A stretch of 64,000 bases of DNA from Nitrosopumilaceae archaeon (GCA_965203465.1 CBDBCR010000003.1:768001-832000), one strand, 5' to 3'; positions 1 to 9,486 are shown, numbered from the stretch's first letter. The notes: generated by a model from the letters alone, not told the origin. Program-made: numbers and translations.

Positions 1-167
1 TCCCGCACCGCCCTTACGACGTCCTCTTTGCTTATTTTCGGTCCCAGCGTGTTGCGGATCCATTCCAGATCGGACTCCAGCTTTCCGGTCTTGCCTTCGT
101 CAAGCGCGCGCTCCCTGGCGCGCTCGCGCGTCCGCAGTTCGTAAAGGAAGTTGACGCGGTTTTTGAG
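1..167 (-). pseudogene. 3' part of a VapB-like antitoxin gene interrupted by IS630 (runs off the window start)
   Basis: Minus strand reads LKNRVNFLYELRTRE...DLEWIRNTLGPKISKEDVVRAVR. This aligns with ILKNRVKHLYDSWARE...DLEWIHKTFGSTISKEEVVRSIR of the intact copy at 52356..52640. Confidence 0.75.
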
Positions 168-169
168 TA

Positions 170-1318
170 TAGTATCTTAGATTGACATTCGGTAGTTTTT
201 TGGCACGAATGATCAGACCGTAAGATAGTCATGCATCTTTACGATTTTGATGCGACCGGATCTTAGAGCTTTCAATACTTCCCTTTTCAGCTGCCCGATG
301 TCGTCAAAAAACTGGTTGGCGATGTAGCGCTTGACCTCCCTCCACTGGGCTTCGATCGGCACAAGCTCTGGGGTGTACTTGGGCAGGAACCGCACGACGA
401 TGCCGCCGTCGGTTTTCTCGTACAGCCTCTTGAACACGGCCTCGCTGTGGTACGAGGCGTTGTCCGTGTAGACAAGCAGCTTGCCCATCTTTTTGTACGC
501 CCTTGTGAGGAACGCCTCGACGTTCTCTGCATTGCCCGTGTCGCAGAACTCGAAGTAGCTCTGGCCTCCGGCCCCTACGACTCCGAGCAGGGTGGCCCGG
601 CCTTTCCGCCTGCTCGTGATGTCGACCCTGACCTGTTCGGCGCGCTTGCCCTTCCTCCTTTTCTTGCGGTACCATCCTTTCCGGACTATGCTCTGCATGG
701 ATACGTGCATTTCGTCAAAGGAAACGGCCAGATGCCCGCGCCCAGCGTAGATTGCTACGGTTCTGTGAGCTTTTTTTTGAAATCCTTGATTTCTGCCGGA
801 GACGCCCCCCGTACGTCGCGGGGCGGGGCTTGATGTACACGAAGCCCAGCCGGTTCACCAGATCCCAGACGGAGTGGACATGGTACTCTACGCTGAACTT
901 TTTCTTTATGTGCGTCCTGATCAGCGGTATCGTCCAAGCACCAGATCCGAGTCCGATCGCTGCGGGACCAGCTTCCAGATCCCGCTCGAGCGCCTTGATC
1001 TGGCGCTTGGTGAGCTTGCACGCTGCCCCTTTGTTCTTTATGTCGCATCTCTTGTTCAGGCCGTTCTTCTCGATGTTCCTTATCCAGTTGGTCACCGTGC
1101 TGCGCGGAATGTTCAAGCCCTTGGATATTTCCGCGATGGTCTTTCCCTGCTTCCTTTGTATGCATACCACCAGCCTGCTTTGTGCCTTTGGATCTTTTTC
1201 CTTCCGATGCATGTCGCACAGGCGGGCCATGTTCACTTTGGGAAGAAACCTCCTCGCCATGGGGCCCCCCCGGCGTGCCGCTATTTAGATCTTTACCCAA
1301 AGTCAATCTAAGATACTA
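170..1318 (-). mobile_element. IS630-family insertion sequence (~1.15 kb)
   Basis: Terminal inverted repeats TAGTATCTTAGATTGAC (170-186) and GTCAATCTAAGATACTA (1302-1318), flanked by duplicated TA (168-169, 1319-1320). Encloses an HTH + DDE transposase. Confidence 0.93.
213..1260 (-). CDS. IS630 transposase, frameshifted (HTH part 715..1260; DDE part 213..~775)
   Basis: N-terminal HTH (TIAEISKGLNIPRSTVTNWI; WTIPLIR). Slippery TTC AAA AAA AAG at ~770-781, where the -1 frame gives AHRTVAIYAGRGHLAVSFDEMH. Catalytic FDE / TDNASYH / PELVPIEAQW. One extra 1-bp loss in a C-run at KPRP|RDVRG (~820-828). Confidence 0.85.
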
Positions 1319-1429
1319 TACGACTCCCCGATCTTCGCGCGTGGCGGAGGCGATCGCCGCGGCGCCAAAGGCGGGGGCCCGCGCGGGTTCGGAATTTAAG
1401 GCCGGCAGCAATCCAGAGTCTGCGGGCGC

Positions 1430-1957
1430 TCACAATTTGCCGGGAAAAACGAACTTGTTCCACACGTACCTGAACGATCCGTTCTGCGACTTTGCGGTCT
1501 TTACGTCGAATTCCTTGAGCGTCTCCATCATAAAGTCGTATCTGGACTTGAATTTTTGAGGCTTCAATGCGTCAAACTCTTCCTTGGTTATGCCGTCCGT
1601 GCTTGACTTGTACCGGAAGCCCAGCTTCCGGGCGGCGGCGTTCCCTATGCCGGCCAGATACCAGCTTTCGATCTCGGTCCGGACGATGGCTATGCGGGAT
1701 TCGTCGGCGTTCGGGATCTTGCGTTTGAGTTTTTCCTTGCTCTTGCCAAAGCACGTATGGGGCAAGTCTGAATCTGCGAGCACGATGTAGGGGGAGCCGT
1801 TGCGGTTCAGGCCCTCTATGTACCGTTTGTTTGAATCCGGGCGTTGGGTCGCGTAAAAGTAGGGCTTTATTCGGTATTTTGAGAGTTTGGTACCGAACAC
1901 CTTCTTAAAAAACCGTGCATCGTCCCGGCCCTCCAACAGCACGTGCAACGTCTTCAT
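1430..1957 (-). CDS. TOPRIM-like nuclease partner (DUF4276/DUF4435-like)
   Basis: VLLEGRDD, VLADSD and RTEIESWYLAG motifs. Abuts the ATPase gene; paralog at 12218..12766. Confidence 0.7.
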   Translation of the reverse strand: MKTLHVLLEGRDDARFFKKVFGTKLSKYRIKPYFYATQRPDSNKRYIEGLNRNGSPYIVLADSDLPHTCFGKSKEKLKRKIPNADESRIAIVRTEIESWYLAGIGNAAARKLGFRYKSSTDGITKEEFDALKPQKFKSRYDFMMETLKEFDVKTAKSQNGSFRYVWNKFVFPGKL

Positions 1958-3238
1958 CTAATCACCCAGCAGGCACTGCACATGCATCTCCCCTATGTCC
2001 ATCTCGCTTTCCAAGAACGACTGCACCTCGCTCTCCTCGGATGGGCGCGTGATGAGCGAAGAGCCCGAATCGCCCCTGCTTATCAGCAGGAGTCGGTCTA
2101 TTCCCGATTGCCTCACGATTTCGGGGCTGTGCGTTGTGATGATGATCTGTTTGCTGGACGATGCGTCCTTCATCATGTCCACCATACCCGAAAGCAATGC
2201 AGGGTGCACGCTCCTTTCTGGTTCTTCGATCACGGCGAGCTGCGCGTCTTCGAAATACAGCGCCACGACCAGCGCTACCGCGTTGGTAGTGCCGTCCGAT
2301 ACCAAAGCTGCCGGCAGATGCTTGCCTTTGGAATAACTCTCCTCCGTCATAAACACCAAGGACTTGTCCACCGTGCTTTTGACGCCAAGGGACTTTACGA
2401 ACGGGAGTATGTCGGATGTCAAGTTGTTGAATTGTCTTCTTTTTTCAGCGTTTGACAGTATATCCCTCAGCACTAGCGGAAGGTTGGAACCGTCGGTCTC
2501 CAGTCCGAGCCTGCCCCCTATGGCGGAGGGCCGTTTTGCTAGTTTTGGGGCAAAGTCGTAGATTTCAAGCTGGCTGAAGAAATAGCCTACCCACGGGAAC
2601 ATGATATCTACGACTATGTGCGATTCCAAAATGGACTTGTTCTTGGCGGTCTTTGATCCGTATCCGTACACTGTCCTGTATAGATTCAGTTGTTTTTTGG
2701 ACACGATGTCGATGGGAAAGTCGGGCTCGAAGAACAGCTTGCCGTTTTCCGACTTTATGTTCAGTATGCCGTCTATGCGCCCTTTCTTGTTGGTGCCGTC
2801 TATGCGCCCTTTCTTGTTGGTGCCGGTCATGTAAAAACGCCACGCGTCGGACAGGATCTTGAACCCCGACCTCTGGCCCATCTCTATTTCGAAACTCCAT
2901 TTTACGTGCGTGTTGTGGAGCACGTATTGTTGGTTGGACAGATTTCCGGGGAGCGGTATTTCCGGAAAGTCTATTTCCAGCTCGATCGACATGCGGTTGT
3001 CGCCGTTGAAATTCCGCACGTATTCGATCCCTCCCTGGATTGCCAGCGCGTCGGCCAGTCCCCCGCGCATGTCTTTGAGAAACTGAAAGATCTGCCCAAA
3101 GTTGGACTTGCCCGAAGCGTTAGAGCCCACTAGCACATTGAATTCTTTGAACTCAACGTCCAAATCTACAAAGCTCTTGAAATTGTGCACCTTCAGCCGC
3201 TTCATGAACGCCTCGCGCATGAGGTGCCGGCCCGTCAC
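1958..3238 (-). CDS. ABC/AAA_21-type ATPase (RecF/AriA-like)
   Basis: VHNFKSF, Walker A GSNASGKSN, signature VSDGT, Walker B VIEEPE, H-switch TTHS. Confidence 0.85.
   Translation of the reverse strand: MTGRHLMREAFMKRLKVHNFKSFVDLDVEFKEFNVLVGSNASGKSNFGQIFQFLKDMRGGLADALAIQGGIEYVRNFNGDNRMSIELEIDFPEIPLPGNLSNQQYVLHNTHVKWSFEIEMGQRSGFKILSDAWRFYMTGTNKKGRIDGTNKKGRIDGILNIKSENGKLFFEPDFPIDIVSKKQLNLYRTVYGYGSKTAKNKSILESHIVVDIMFPWVGYFFSQLEIYDFAPKLAKRPSAIGGRLGLETDGSNLPLVLRDILSNAEKRRQFNNLTSDILPFVKSLGVKSTVDKSLVFMTEESYSKGKHLPAALVSDGTTNAVALVVALYFEDAQLAVIEEPERSVHPALLSGMVDMMKDASSSKQIIITTHSPEIVRQSGIDRLLLISRGDSGSSLITRPSEESEVQSFLESEMDIGEMHVQCLLGD
2767..2825. repeat. 27-bp in-frame tandem duplication (GTNKKGRID x2)
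   Basis: tgccgtctatgcgccctttcttgttgg is repeated at 2767-2793 and 2794-2820. Confidence 0.9.
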
Positions 3239-3587
3239 TACAATTAATATCTATACCGCGATCCCGGATTCCGGCAAATCCTGGTGAGCCGGGGCCCGGT
3301 GCGGAGGTACGGCCCCGTCGATCGGGCGTTTTCACGCCGGCTGCGGCCGGATCCGGCCCCGGGCCCCAAGCGCCCGAATCCGCAGCTCTCCGCGGGGGAG
3401 TTCGCCCCCACGGTTTAAGTGAGGCGCGCAGAAAAGGCCGGCAGTGAAGGTCAAAGTAAACGTCAACGTCCTCCCCTTCGGGCACTACAGGACGGAGGAG
3501 GCGCAGTCCGAATCGACCGTCGAGATTGCCCCGACCCCCATAATAAAAGACTACACGTCGGGTTCTGTGTAATCAGCGAGACCCGGC

Positions 3588-4709
3588 CTAGCCCGCGTGG
3601 AGCCGGTGCAGGGCCGCGTTCTGGATCAGCGTCTTCCAGCGATCGGGCCCGTCTATGTCTATCAAGGCCGCGTCCGAGGGCGTCCGGCCGCCCAAGCCGC
3701 CGTGCTTTTTGACGCAGTTGTAGTGGGCCTGGAACCCCGGTATCAGCGGCGTGTGGAACTTCTTGAGGCCCCGGAAATTCACCTCGCGCTCCCGCACCGT
3801 CCCGTTGAGCCGTTCCATCTTGTTGTTGTTCATCTCTTTCCGCAGGTGGATGTACCGCCAGTGCTGGGTATCGGGGCCGAACACCCTGATGCTCGACTTC
3901 ATGTAGTTGGGCAGCCCATCGGTGACGAAGTGGGCCGGCGCCTTACCCAGCTTCCGCTTGGTGGCCTCCAGCAGGTTGTCCGCGTCGTGCTGGAACTTGG
4001 TCTCGGCCATCTCGGCGGCCAGCCAGAACCGCGTGTCGTCCTCCATGGAGCCGAACAGGTACTTTAGTTCGCCGGCTATCTTGATCCAGACCTCGTCGGC
4101 CCGGGCCATGGCCCGGTCGGAGGTGCGCGGCACCACGTCGTGCAGGTATTCGGATACGGACTTTGAATACTCGGCTACCCAGTTGTATATGGTCTTGTGT
4201 GATATTTTGACGCCCTCGGTCTCGAACTCGTCCGCTATATCCCGGACGCTCATGCCCTTGTAATACGTCCGGACGGCCCGGGTTATCGTCTTGGGGCGAA
4301 AGTGCTTCTTTTCGAACCCCGGGTTGTCTGTAAACCTGCGGCCGCAGTCGCCGCACTTGAGCAACTGCACCGGGCCGGCCTTGGTCTTGCGCGTGCCCTT
4401 CTTGGCTACGTTGCCCGAGTCGCAGAACTTGCACACTTGGCGGCCGGCCCTTTCCATGATCCGGAACGGCGCCCGCTTGAAGAGTTGGTTGCGGCAAAGC
4501 GCCCGCAACACAACCTTGATGTGCTTGCAGTCGGCCCCGCGGGTCCGGTGATCCGGGCACTCGCAGACCAGCCCCGAGCCGGTGCGCTTCACCTCGTACC
4601 TCTTGTCCGGGTCCGTCTGCGAGCGGACGCTGAACGTGTCCGGATCTGACTGGCCGGCCGCGCCGGCCTGCTTGAGCATCTCGACTGCGCGGGCGGTGCG
4701 GGCGTTCAT
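3588..4709 (-). CDS. IS6-family DDE transposase with N-terminal SWIM and Zn-ribbon
   Basis: SWIM CECPDH...CKH; CKFC...CGDC; HTH SVRDIA...SHKTIYNWV; DDE triad RADEVWIK / VTDGLPNY / NNKMERLNG. Confidence 0.88.
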   Translation of the reverse strand: MNARTARAVEMLKQAGAAGQSDPDTFSVRSQTDPDKRYEVKRTGSGLVCECPDHRTRGADCKHIKVVLRALCRNQLFKRAPFRIMERAGRQVCKFCDSGNVAKKGTRKTKAGPVQLLKCGDCGRRFTDNPGFEKKHFRPKTITRAVRTYYKGMSVRDIADEFETEGVKISHKTIYNWVAEYSKSVSEYLHDVVPRTSDRAMARADEVWIKIAGELKYLFGSMEDDTRFWLAAEMAETKFQHDADNLLEATKRKLGKAPAHFVTDGLPNYMKSSIRVFGPDTQHWRYIHLRKEMNNNKMERLNGTVREREVNFRGLKKFHTPLIPGFQAHYNCVKKHGGLGGRTPSDAALIDIDGPDRWKTLIQNAALHRLHAG

Positions 4710-4788
4710 GCCTGTAGTCTAAGGCTAGTCTATTAAAACCTTTAGGGCGACGTATAGACTATTATAGCCTGCTCTGGAGGAGGGCGGC
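4710..4788. promoter_or_regulatory. Divergent promoter region with repeated TAGTCTA boxes
   Basis: TAGTCTA at 4715-4721 and 4726-4732, inverted copy TAGACTA at 4755-4761, AT-rich TATTAAAA, and GGAGG before the ATG at 4789. Confidence 0.5.
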
Positions 4789-5046
4789 ATGGACAAGACG
4801 TCGCTGGTACAGGTCAACAAGAGCGACTCGCTGCGCACGACGGTGCCCGCGAGCATCGTGAAACTGCTCGATCTGCGCCAGGGCGATCGTGTAGAGTGGG
4901 ACGTGCTGCCGGACGGAAACAGGTTCGCCGTAAAGATCGAATTCGTAAAACCAAAGGACGCGCGAACCAAAGGACGCGCGAACCAAAGGACGCGCGAACC
5001 AAAACCGGTCAGGGCGCCGCGTTCGTCACGGCCGCGGCAATTCTGA
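4789..5046 (+). CDS. AbrB/MazE/SpoVT-type DNA-binding protein
   Basis: SLRTTVPASIVKLLDLRQGDRVEW is a typical swapped-hairpin signature. Confidence 0.8.
   Translation: MDKTSLVQVNKSDSLRTTVPASIVKLLDLRQGDRVEWDVLPDGNRFAVKIEFVKPKDARTKGRANQRTREPKPVRAPRSSRPRQF
4949..5003. repeat. 16-bp tandem repeat x3.4 (AACCAAAGGACGCGCG)
   Basis: Units at 4949, 4965 and 4981, plus a partial unit at 4997, in the AbrB C-terminal tail. Confidence 0.9.
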
Positions 5047-5079
5047 CCGGCAATTAATTCTTGGCCGGGGGCGGCGCTC

Positions 5080-7896
5080 CTGACCACCAGCGAGCCGACG
5101 GCCAACGCGGCCCTGGCCGAGGTGCTCGACGGCCTGCGCCGGAACTGGTCGGTGAAGGGCGAGCAGATGGGGGGAGTCCTCCGGGGAGGCAAAAGGCCCG
5201 ATCTAATCGCGCTTGAGCAAGGCCGTTCTCCGATCTTAGTCGAAGTTGAATTCTCACCCGCGGCAACGCTGGAAAAAGACGCGCTCGCGCGCCTGCACAC
5301 CGTCACCAAGGACGGCCAAGAGGTGGCGGCCGTCGTGTCGGTCCGGCTTCCGGCACGGCTCAGAAAAGTCGGCGGCGAAAAACTCAGGAAAGAACTGCGC
5401 GCGGCGGCGGATCTGGAATACGCCGTGTACCAGCCCGGACGGTTCCCGAAAACCGGGTACGTCAAGGGCGGCGTCACAGACATCGCGCAAATTATCCAAA
5501 ATGTGTCGCTGCCCGCCGAAATAATCGGCGAATGGGTGAAAGAGATGAGTGGTGCGATAGAGAGCATCGCCAAACTGCTCGCCGGAAGCGGTAGGGACAC
5601 CAAGAAGAAGATAGCCGATCTTCTGTCGCTGAACGAAGGCAGACAGACCTGGCGCATGGCCGGGCTGATACTGTCCAACGCATTCGTGTTCCACAGCCAC
5701 ATAGCGGGCGAGCGCGGCATAAAGACTCTCCAAGAATTGATCGTCTTGGACACGGTGCCCACGGCCAGCTTGGTGGCCGAGTGGGGCAGGATACTCAAGA
5801 TCAACTACTACGCCATATTCGACGTGGCGCGCAGCATCATCACGTACGTGAAAGACGCGGACGCGGAGGACATCATACGGGTGCTGCTGGACACGACCGG
5901 CAAGATCAACGCGCGCGGCCTGTCCACGTCGACGGACATGTACGGCACGCTTATCCAAAAAATGATCGAGGACCGCAAGACGCTCGCCTCGTTCTACACC
6001 CTCCCAGAATCGGCCGCGCTACTGGCCGGCCTGGCCGTCCCGCCAGCAGGCTCCGACGTCTATTCCTCGCCCGAATCCATGAAAGAGTTCAGGTTCGGAG
6101 ACTTTGCGTGCGGGACGGGCGCGCTGCTGACCACGGCCTACAAGGTGCTGATCGCCAACTACGAGGCGGCCGGCAACGATATGCGGAAGATACACGATTC
6201 CATGATGGGTGGGGCCATATTCGGGTTCGACGTGCTGCCCAGCGCCGTCCACCTGACCGTATCGTCGCTGGCCGAGATATTCCCAAAAAAACTGTTCACG
6301 GAGACCAAGGTCGGGAAGCTCTTGTACGGAAGGCGCGACTCCGAGTTGCGTCTGGGTTCGCTGGATCTGATCTCCAAACAGAGCACTCTGGGTGGGGGAG
6401 GCGACTACGTGACCGGTACGGCATCGGACACGTTCTTCAGCCCGACCGTACCGGACGGCTATTTCTCGCTCGTCTTGATGAACCCGCCGTTCACGAGGAA
6501 CGCCAAAGGAGGGGCAGATCGTCACGCAATGTTCGCGTCGTTCGGCACGGACAGGGACGATCAGAGGAAAATGGCGGCAATGGAAAAGAAGCTGTTCAAA
6601 ACCACGTGCGCGCACGGCAACGCCGGAGCCGCGTCCAACTTCGTGGCCATCGCCGACAAGAAACTCAAGCCGGGCGGCGTGTTGGGCTTGGTGCTGCCGT
6701 CCACGATAGCGTGGGGTTCGTCGTGGAAGGCATGCAGGGATCTGCTGAAGGACGGCTACGAGGATCTGACGGTGGTCAGCATCGCCGCGTCCGACATATC
6801 CACCATGGCGTTTTCATACGATACGGACATGGGCGAGGTTCTGGTGGTGGCACGCAAACGCGAGCGTCCGGCCGACGGGCCTCCGCGCGGCCGGTTCGCA
6901 TCGTTGCGCAGGCGCCCGGAATCCGTGCTCAACTCAATCGAATTATGCAAGGACATACTCAACTCGAAACCGAACAGGCTCGACGGCGACAATTACGGAG
7001 GCACGCCGCTCAAGGCGGGCCGAGACGTACACGGAAGCGTGCTGGACTGCCCGCTTGACGATGAATGGTGGTGGCCAGTGGCCGTGCGGGATCAAAACCT
7101 GATCCAGTTCATGTACCGCCTGTACCGCGGACAGTTCGCGCTTCCGAATCCGTTGTGCGGATCCGGTTCGATTCCCATGACTAGGGCGGGAGCCAACTTC
7201 GGCTTGGTGGGAAGGGACATAGCGGACGGCAAAGACGACTGCAAACGCGCCCCCTTCACGAGTCATCCGTACGACACGGGCGCGGTATACCCCGTCTTGA
7301 TGAACAACGATTCAGACAAACAGACACACATGATGGTCAAGCCCGACTGCATGGCAATCCCGAAAACATGCGCCAAAAAAGAAGACGTGGTGAGGGTGGC
7401 CGCGGACGCCACGCGCCTGCATGTCAATAGCACGTGCAGATACACCAGCCAGCGCGTGTTGTTCCCGTATACGGCAAAACCCACGCTTGGTTCGTCCGTA
7501 TTCCCGTCATTCAACACAGCGCCGGAGCACGAGAAGGCCATGGCGGTCTGGGGCAACAGCACGCTTGGAATACTCTGTTTCTGGACGCATGCAGGCAAAC
7601 AGCAACTGGGCCGCGGAAGGGCCAGCAGAACGTCTATGGAAAACATGGCCGTGTTGAACGCGCCAAAACTGAAAAAAACAGCCTTGGCCAAACTCGACAG
7701 GATATTCGACAAATACTGCAAAAAGGAATTTCTGCCAATGAACCTTTGCTACAGGGACGAAAACAGGATGGCCATGGACGCCGAGATGCTCGCGGCCCTG
7801 GGCATCGACGAGCCCATAGACGATCTGCGGGTACGGTTCTGCCGCGAGCCGCTGGTGCGGAGCGGCCGGGAGGATCCGGAGCTGGACGCGCTGTAG
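5080..7896 (+). CDS. Type IIG-like fused restriction endonuclease / N6-adenine methyltransferase
   Basis: N-terminal PD...EVE nuclease motif (RPDLIA...LVEVEF), motif I DFACGTG, motif IV MNPPF and a C-terminal TRD-like region. Start is either GTG 5122 or an inferred CTG 5080. Confidence 0.85.
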   Translation: MTTSEPTANAALAEVLDGLRRNWSVKGEQMGGVLRGGKRPDLIALEQGRSPILVEVEFSPAATLEKDALARLHTVTKDGQEVAAVVSVRLPARLRKVGGEKLRKELRAAADLEYAVYQPGRFPKTGYVKGGVTDIAQIIQNVSLPAEIIGEWVKEMSGAIESIAKLLAGSGRDTKKKIADLLSLNEGRQTWRMAGLILSNAFVFHSHIAGERGIKTLQELIVLDTVPTASLVAEWGRILKINYYAIFDVARSIITYVKDADAEDIIRVLLDTTGKINARGLSTSTDMYGTLIQKMIEDRKTLASFYTLPESAALLAGLAVPPAGSDVYSSPESMKEFRFGDFACGTGALLTTAYKVLIANYEAAGNDMRKIHDSMMGGAIFGFDVLPSAVHLTVSSLAEIFPKKLFTETKVGKLLYGRRDSELRLGSLDLISKQSTLGGGGDYVTGTASDTFFSPTVPDGYFSLVLMNPPFTRNAKGGADRHAMFASFGTDRDDQRKMAAMEKKLFKTTCAHGNAGAASNFVAIADKKLKPGGVLGLVLPSTIAWGSSWKACRDLLKDGYEDLTVVSIAASDISTMAFSYDTDMGEVLVVARKRERPADGPPRGRFASLRRRPESVLNSIELCKDILNSKPNRLDGDNYGGTPLKAGRDVHGSVLDCPLDDEWWWPVAVRDQNLIQFMYRLYRGQFALPNPLCGSGSIPMTRAGANFGLVGRDIADGKDDCKRAPFTSHPYDTGAVYPVLMNNDSDKQTHMMVKPDCMAIPKTCAKKEDVVRVAADATRLHVNSTCRYTSQRVLFPYTAKPTLGSSVFPSFNTAPEHEKAMAVWGNSTLGILCFWTHAGKQQLGRGRASRTSMENMAVLNAPKLKKTALAKLDRIFDKYCKKEFLPMNLCYRDENRMAMDAEMLAALGIDEPIDDLRVRFCREPLVRSGREDPELDAL

Positions 7897-8063
7897 GATG
7901 CCGGTCACGGGTCTCGCTGATTACACAGAACCACACGTCGATATCCGAATCGGTTACCCTGCAGTAGGCCGGCCTTTCCCCGCCTCCGGCCGCGCGCAGA
8001 ATCCGGGCGGCCAACGCCCCAAGCGGCTCGCCGGGCGCGCCGACCCCGGGCGTCCCGCGCGGC

Positions 8064-8770
8064 TCAGGCCTCCGGCCACCTGCGCCGGTAGCGCGTCACG
8101 TCCAGGCCGCCCAGCGTTATCTTGCCCCCCACACGAACGAGGCTCGGTACTTGCGGCTCATCCTCGCTATGCGGCCCGACTCCACGTGCTTTTGGACCTC
8201 CGAGTGCGGCATCACCAGAAAGTCGTTGCAGGCGCCGGAACGCACGACGAACGCATAGTACGCGCCCGGGAGGCCGAACTTTTCGTGCGCGCCGGGCGGG
8301 ATGAAAAACGAGCACTTGTCGCGCACCGGCACGGACGTCTTCACCTGGAAAAGGAAGCGCCTGCCCCCCTTTGCAGCGAAGACGTCAGTTTCCGCGTCGA
8401 CGGCGGCCACGCGGGCGTCGAACCCGTAAAAGAGCAGCTCGCTGGCCACCGAATGCTCGCCGGCCCTGCCGTTGAAGAGGATCCGGCCGGGCGCGTTGGA
8501 CGTCGGCCTTCCCGCGCAGCCGCGCGCGCCCGGAGGTCCCTGCTGGTCGAGCCCGAACCGCTCGCCGCGCCGGACGAATTCAGAGTCCGGGCCGCGCCGC
8601 CGCATGTCGCCCGAAAGGACCGCCTTCATGATCCGTTCCGGCGCCCGCGTCGTTTGGCCCGGATCCAAGAGCCCGCGCTGCACCGCCTTTTTGACGATCT
8701 CGGCAGCCGTAAGCAGCCTGTACCCGTCCGACAGCACCTCGATCGCCGATTTCCTGAAGGGCTGCGCCAC
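8064..8770 (-). CDS. HARE-HTH (HB1) + PD-(D/E)XK nuclease, copy 1 (1-bp frameshift near the 3' end)
   Basis: AIEVL...AEIVKKAVQRGLL...PERIM...SEFVR..FGL winged helix, then GEHSVASELL...TDVFA...FQVKTS. The terminal ITLGGLDVTRYRRRW is in another frame after a G-run at ~8125-8130. Confidence 0.7.
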
Positions 8771-9003
8771 GGCGCGGCCGCGGGCACCCGGCATTCAAGT
8801 CGCCCCCGGAGCCTGGCGCAGCCCCAGCAGCGGCGCGCGGCAGGGCGCCTGCGGTCTCGACGATCCGCGGCAGGCAGGCGCGGCGGCCCCGCCTCCGGAA
8901 TGCGCGGGGCAGCGTCGATCAGCCCGCCGCCCTTCCGGGAAGTTTGGCCACGCAAAGCCGCAGATCAAGCATGTTTAAAAAACGGGGCGCGCGGACGCTC
9001 CGC

Positions 9004-9486
9004 ATGGGGGTATCCCGGGTGTATCTCGATACGTATTACCTGCTGGAGATAGTGCTCAAGGGCCACAAGAAGCACGACGCAGAGAAGATCTTGTACAAGG
9101 CCAGCAAGGGCAGTTTCGAGATAGTCGTCCCCCAGATCGTCCTGGGCGAGGCGGTCTCCAAGATACTGAAGCGCGGCAGGGACGCGCGGCCCCTGATGGA
9201 CCGGCTCGTAGGCACGATCGAAAAGTACGGGATCGACGTAGACAGATGCCTGGTTCCGGTGGCCAAGAGCGCGTTCGAGATCATGGAGGAGGTGCGCGGC
9301 AGGGATCAGCGACTCGACGGCACGGACATCGCTATATTGGCCCACGCGCTGGCCGATCCCGACGCAAAGGTCTTCCTCACGATAGACTGCGACATGACGG
9401 ACAATCCGGCTATCGGCGAATACGAAAGGAAACTGAGAAGCGAGGGGCGGCGGAACGTAAAGCTGAATATCACCGATCGCATTTGA
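9004..9486 (+). CDS. PIN-domain (VapC-like) ribonuclease
   Basis: Acidic PIN motifs VYLDT, LGEA, GTDIAILAHA and FLTID. Confidence 0.8.
   Translation: MGVSRVYLDTYYLLEIVLKGHKKHDAEKILYKASKGSFEIVVPQIVLGEAVSKILKRGRDARPLMDRLVGTIEKYGIDVDRCLVPVAKSAFEIMEEVRGRDQRLDGTDIAILAHALADPDAKVFLTIDCDMTDNPAIGEYERKLRSEGRRNVKLNITDRI

Larger units (their letters stand above)
3561..7932. mobile_element. IS6-family element with passenger genes (4372 bp)
   Basis: Perfect 25-bp IRs GGTTCTGTGTAATCAGCGAGACCCG (3561-3585 / 7908-7932). 8-bp direct repeat ACACGTCG at 3553-3560 and 7933-7940. GGTTCTG ends and an 8-bp TSD are IS6-type. Confidence 0.93.
3444..7967 (+). pseudogene. Small 47-aa ORF split by the IS6-family element (3444..3560 + 7941..7967)
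   Basis: Removing 3561..7932 and one TSD gives MKVKVNVNVLPFGHYRTEEAQSESTVEIAPTPIIKDYTSISESVTLQ*. A TATA-like TTTAAG lies at 3414-3419. Confidence 0.55.
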
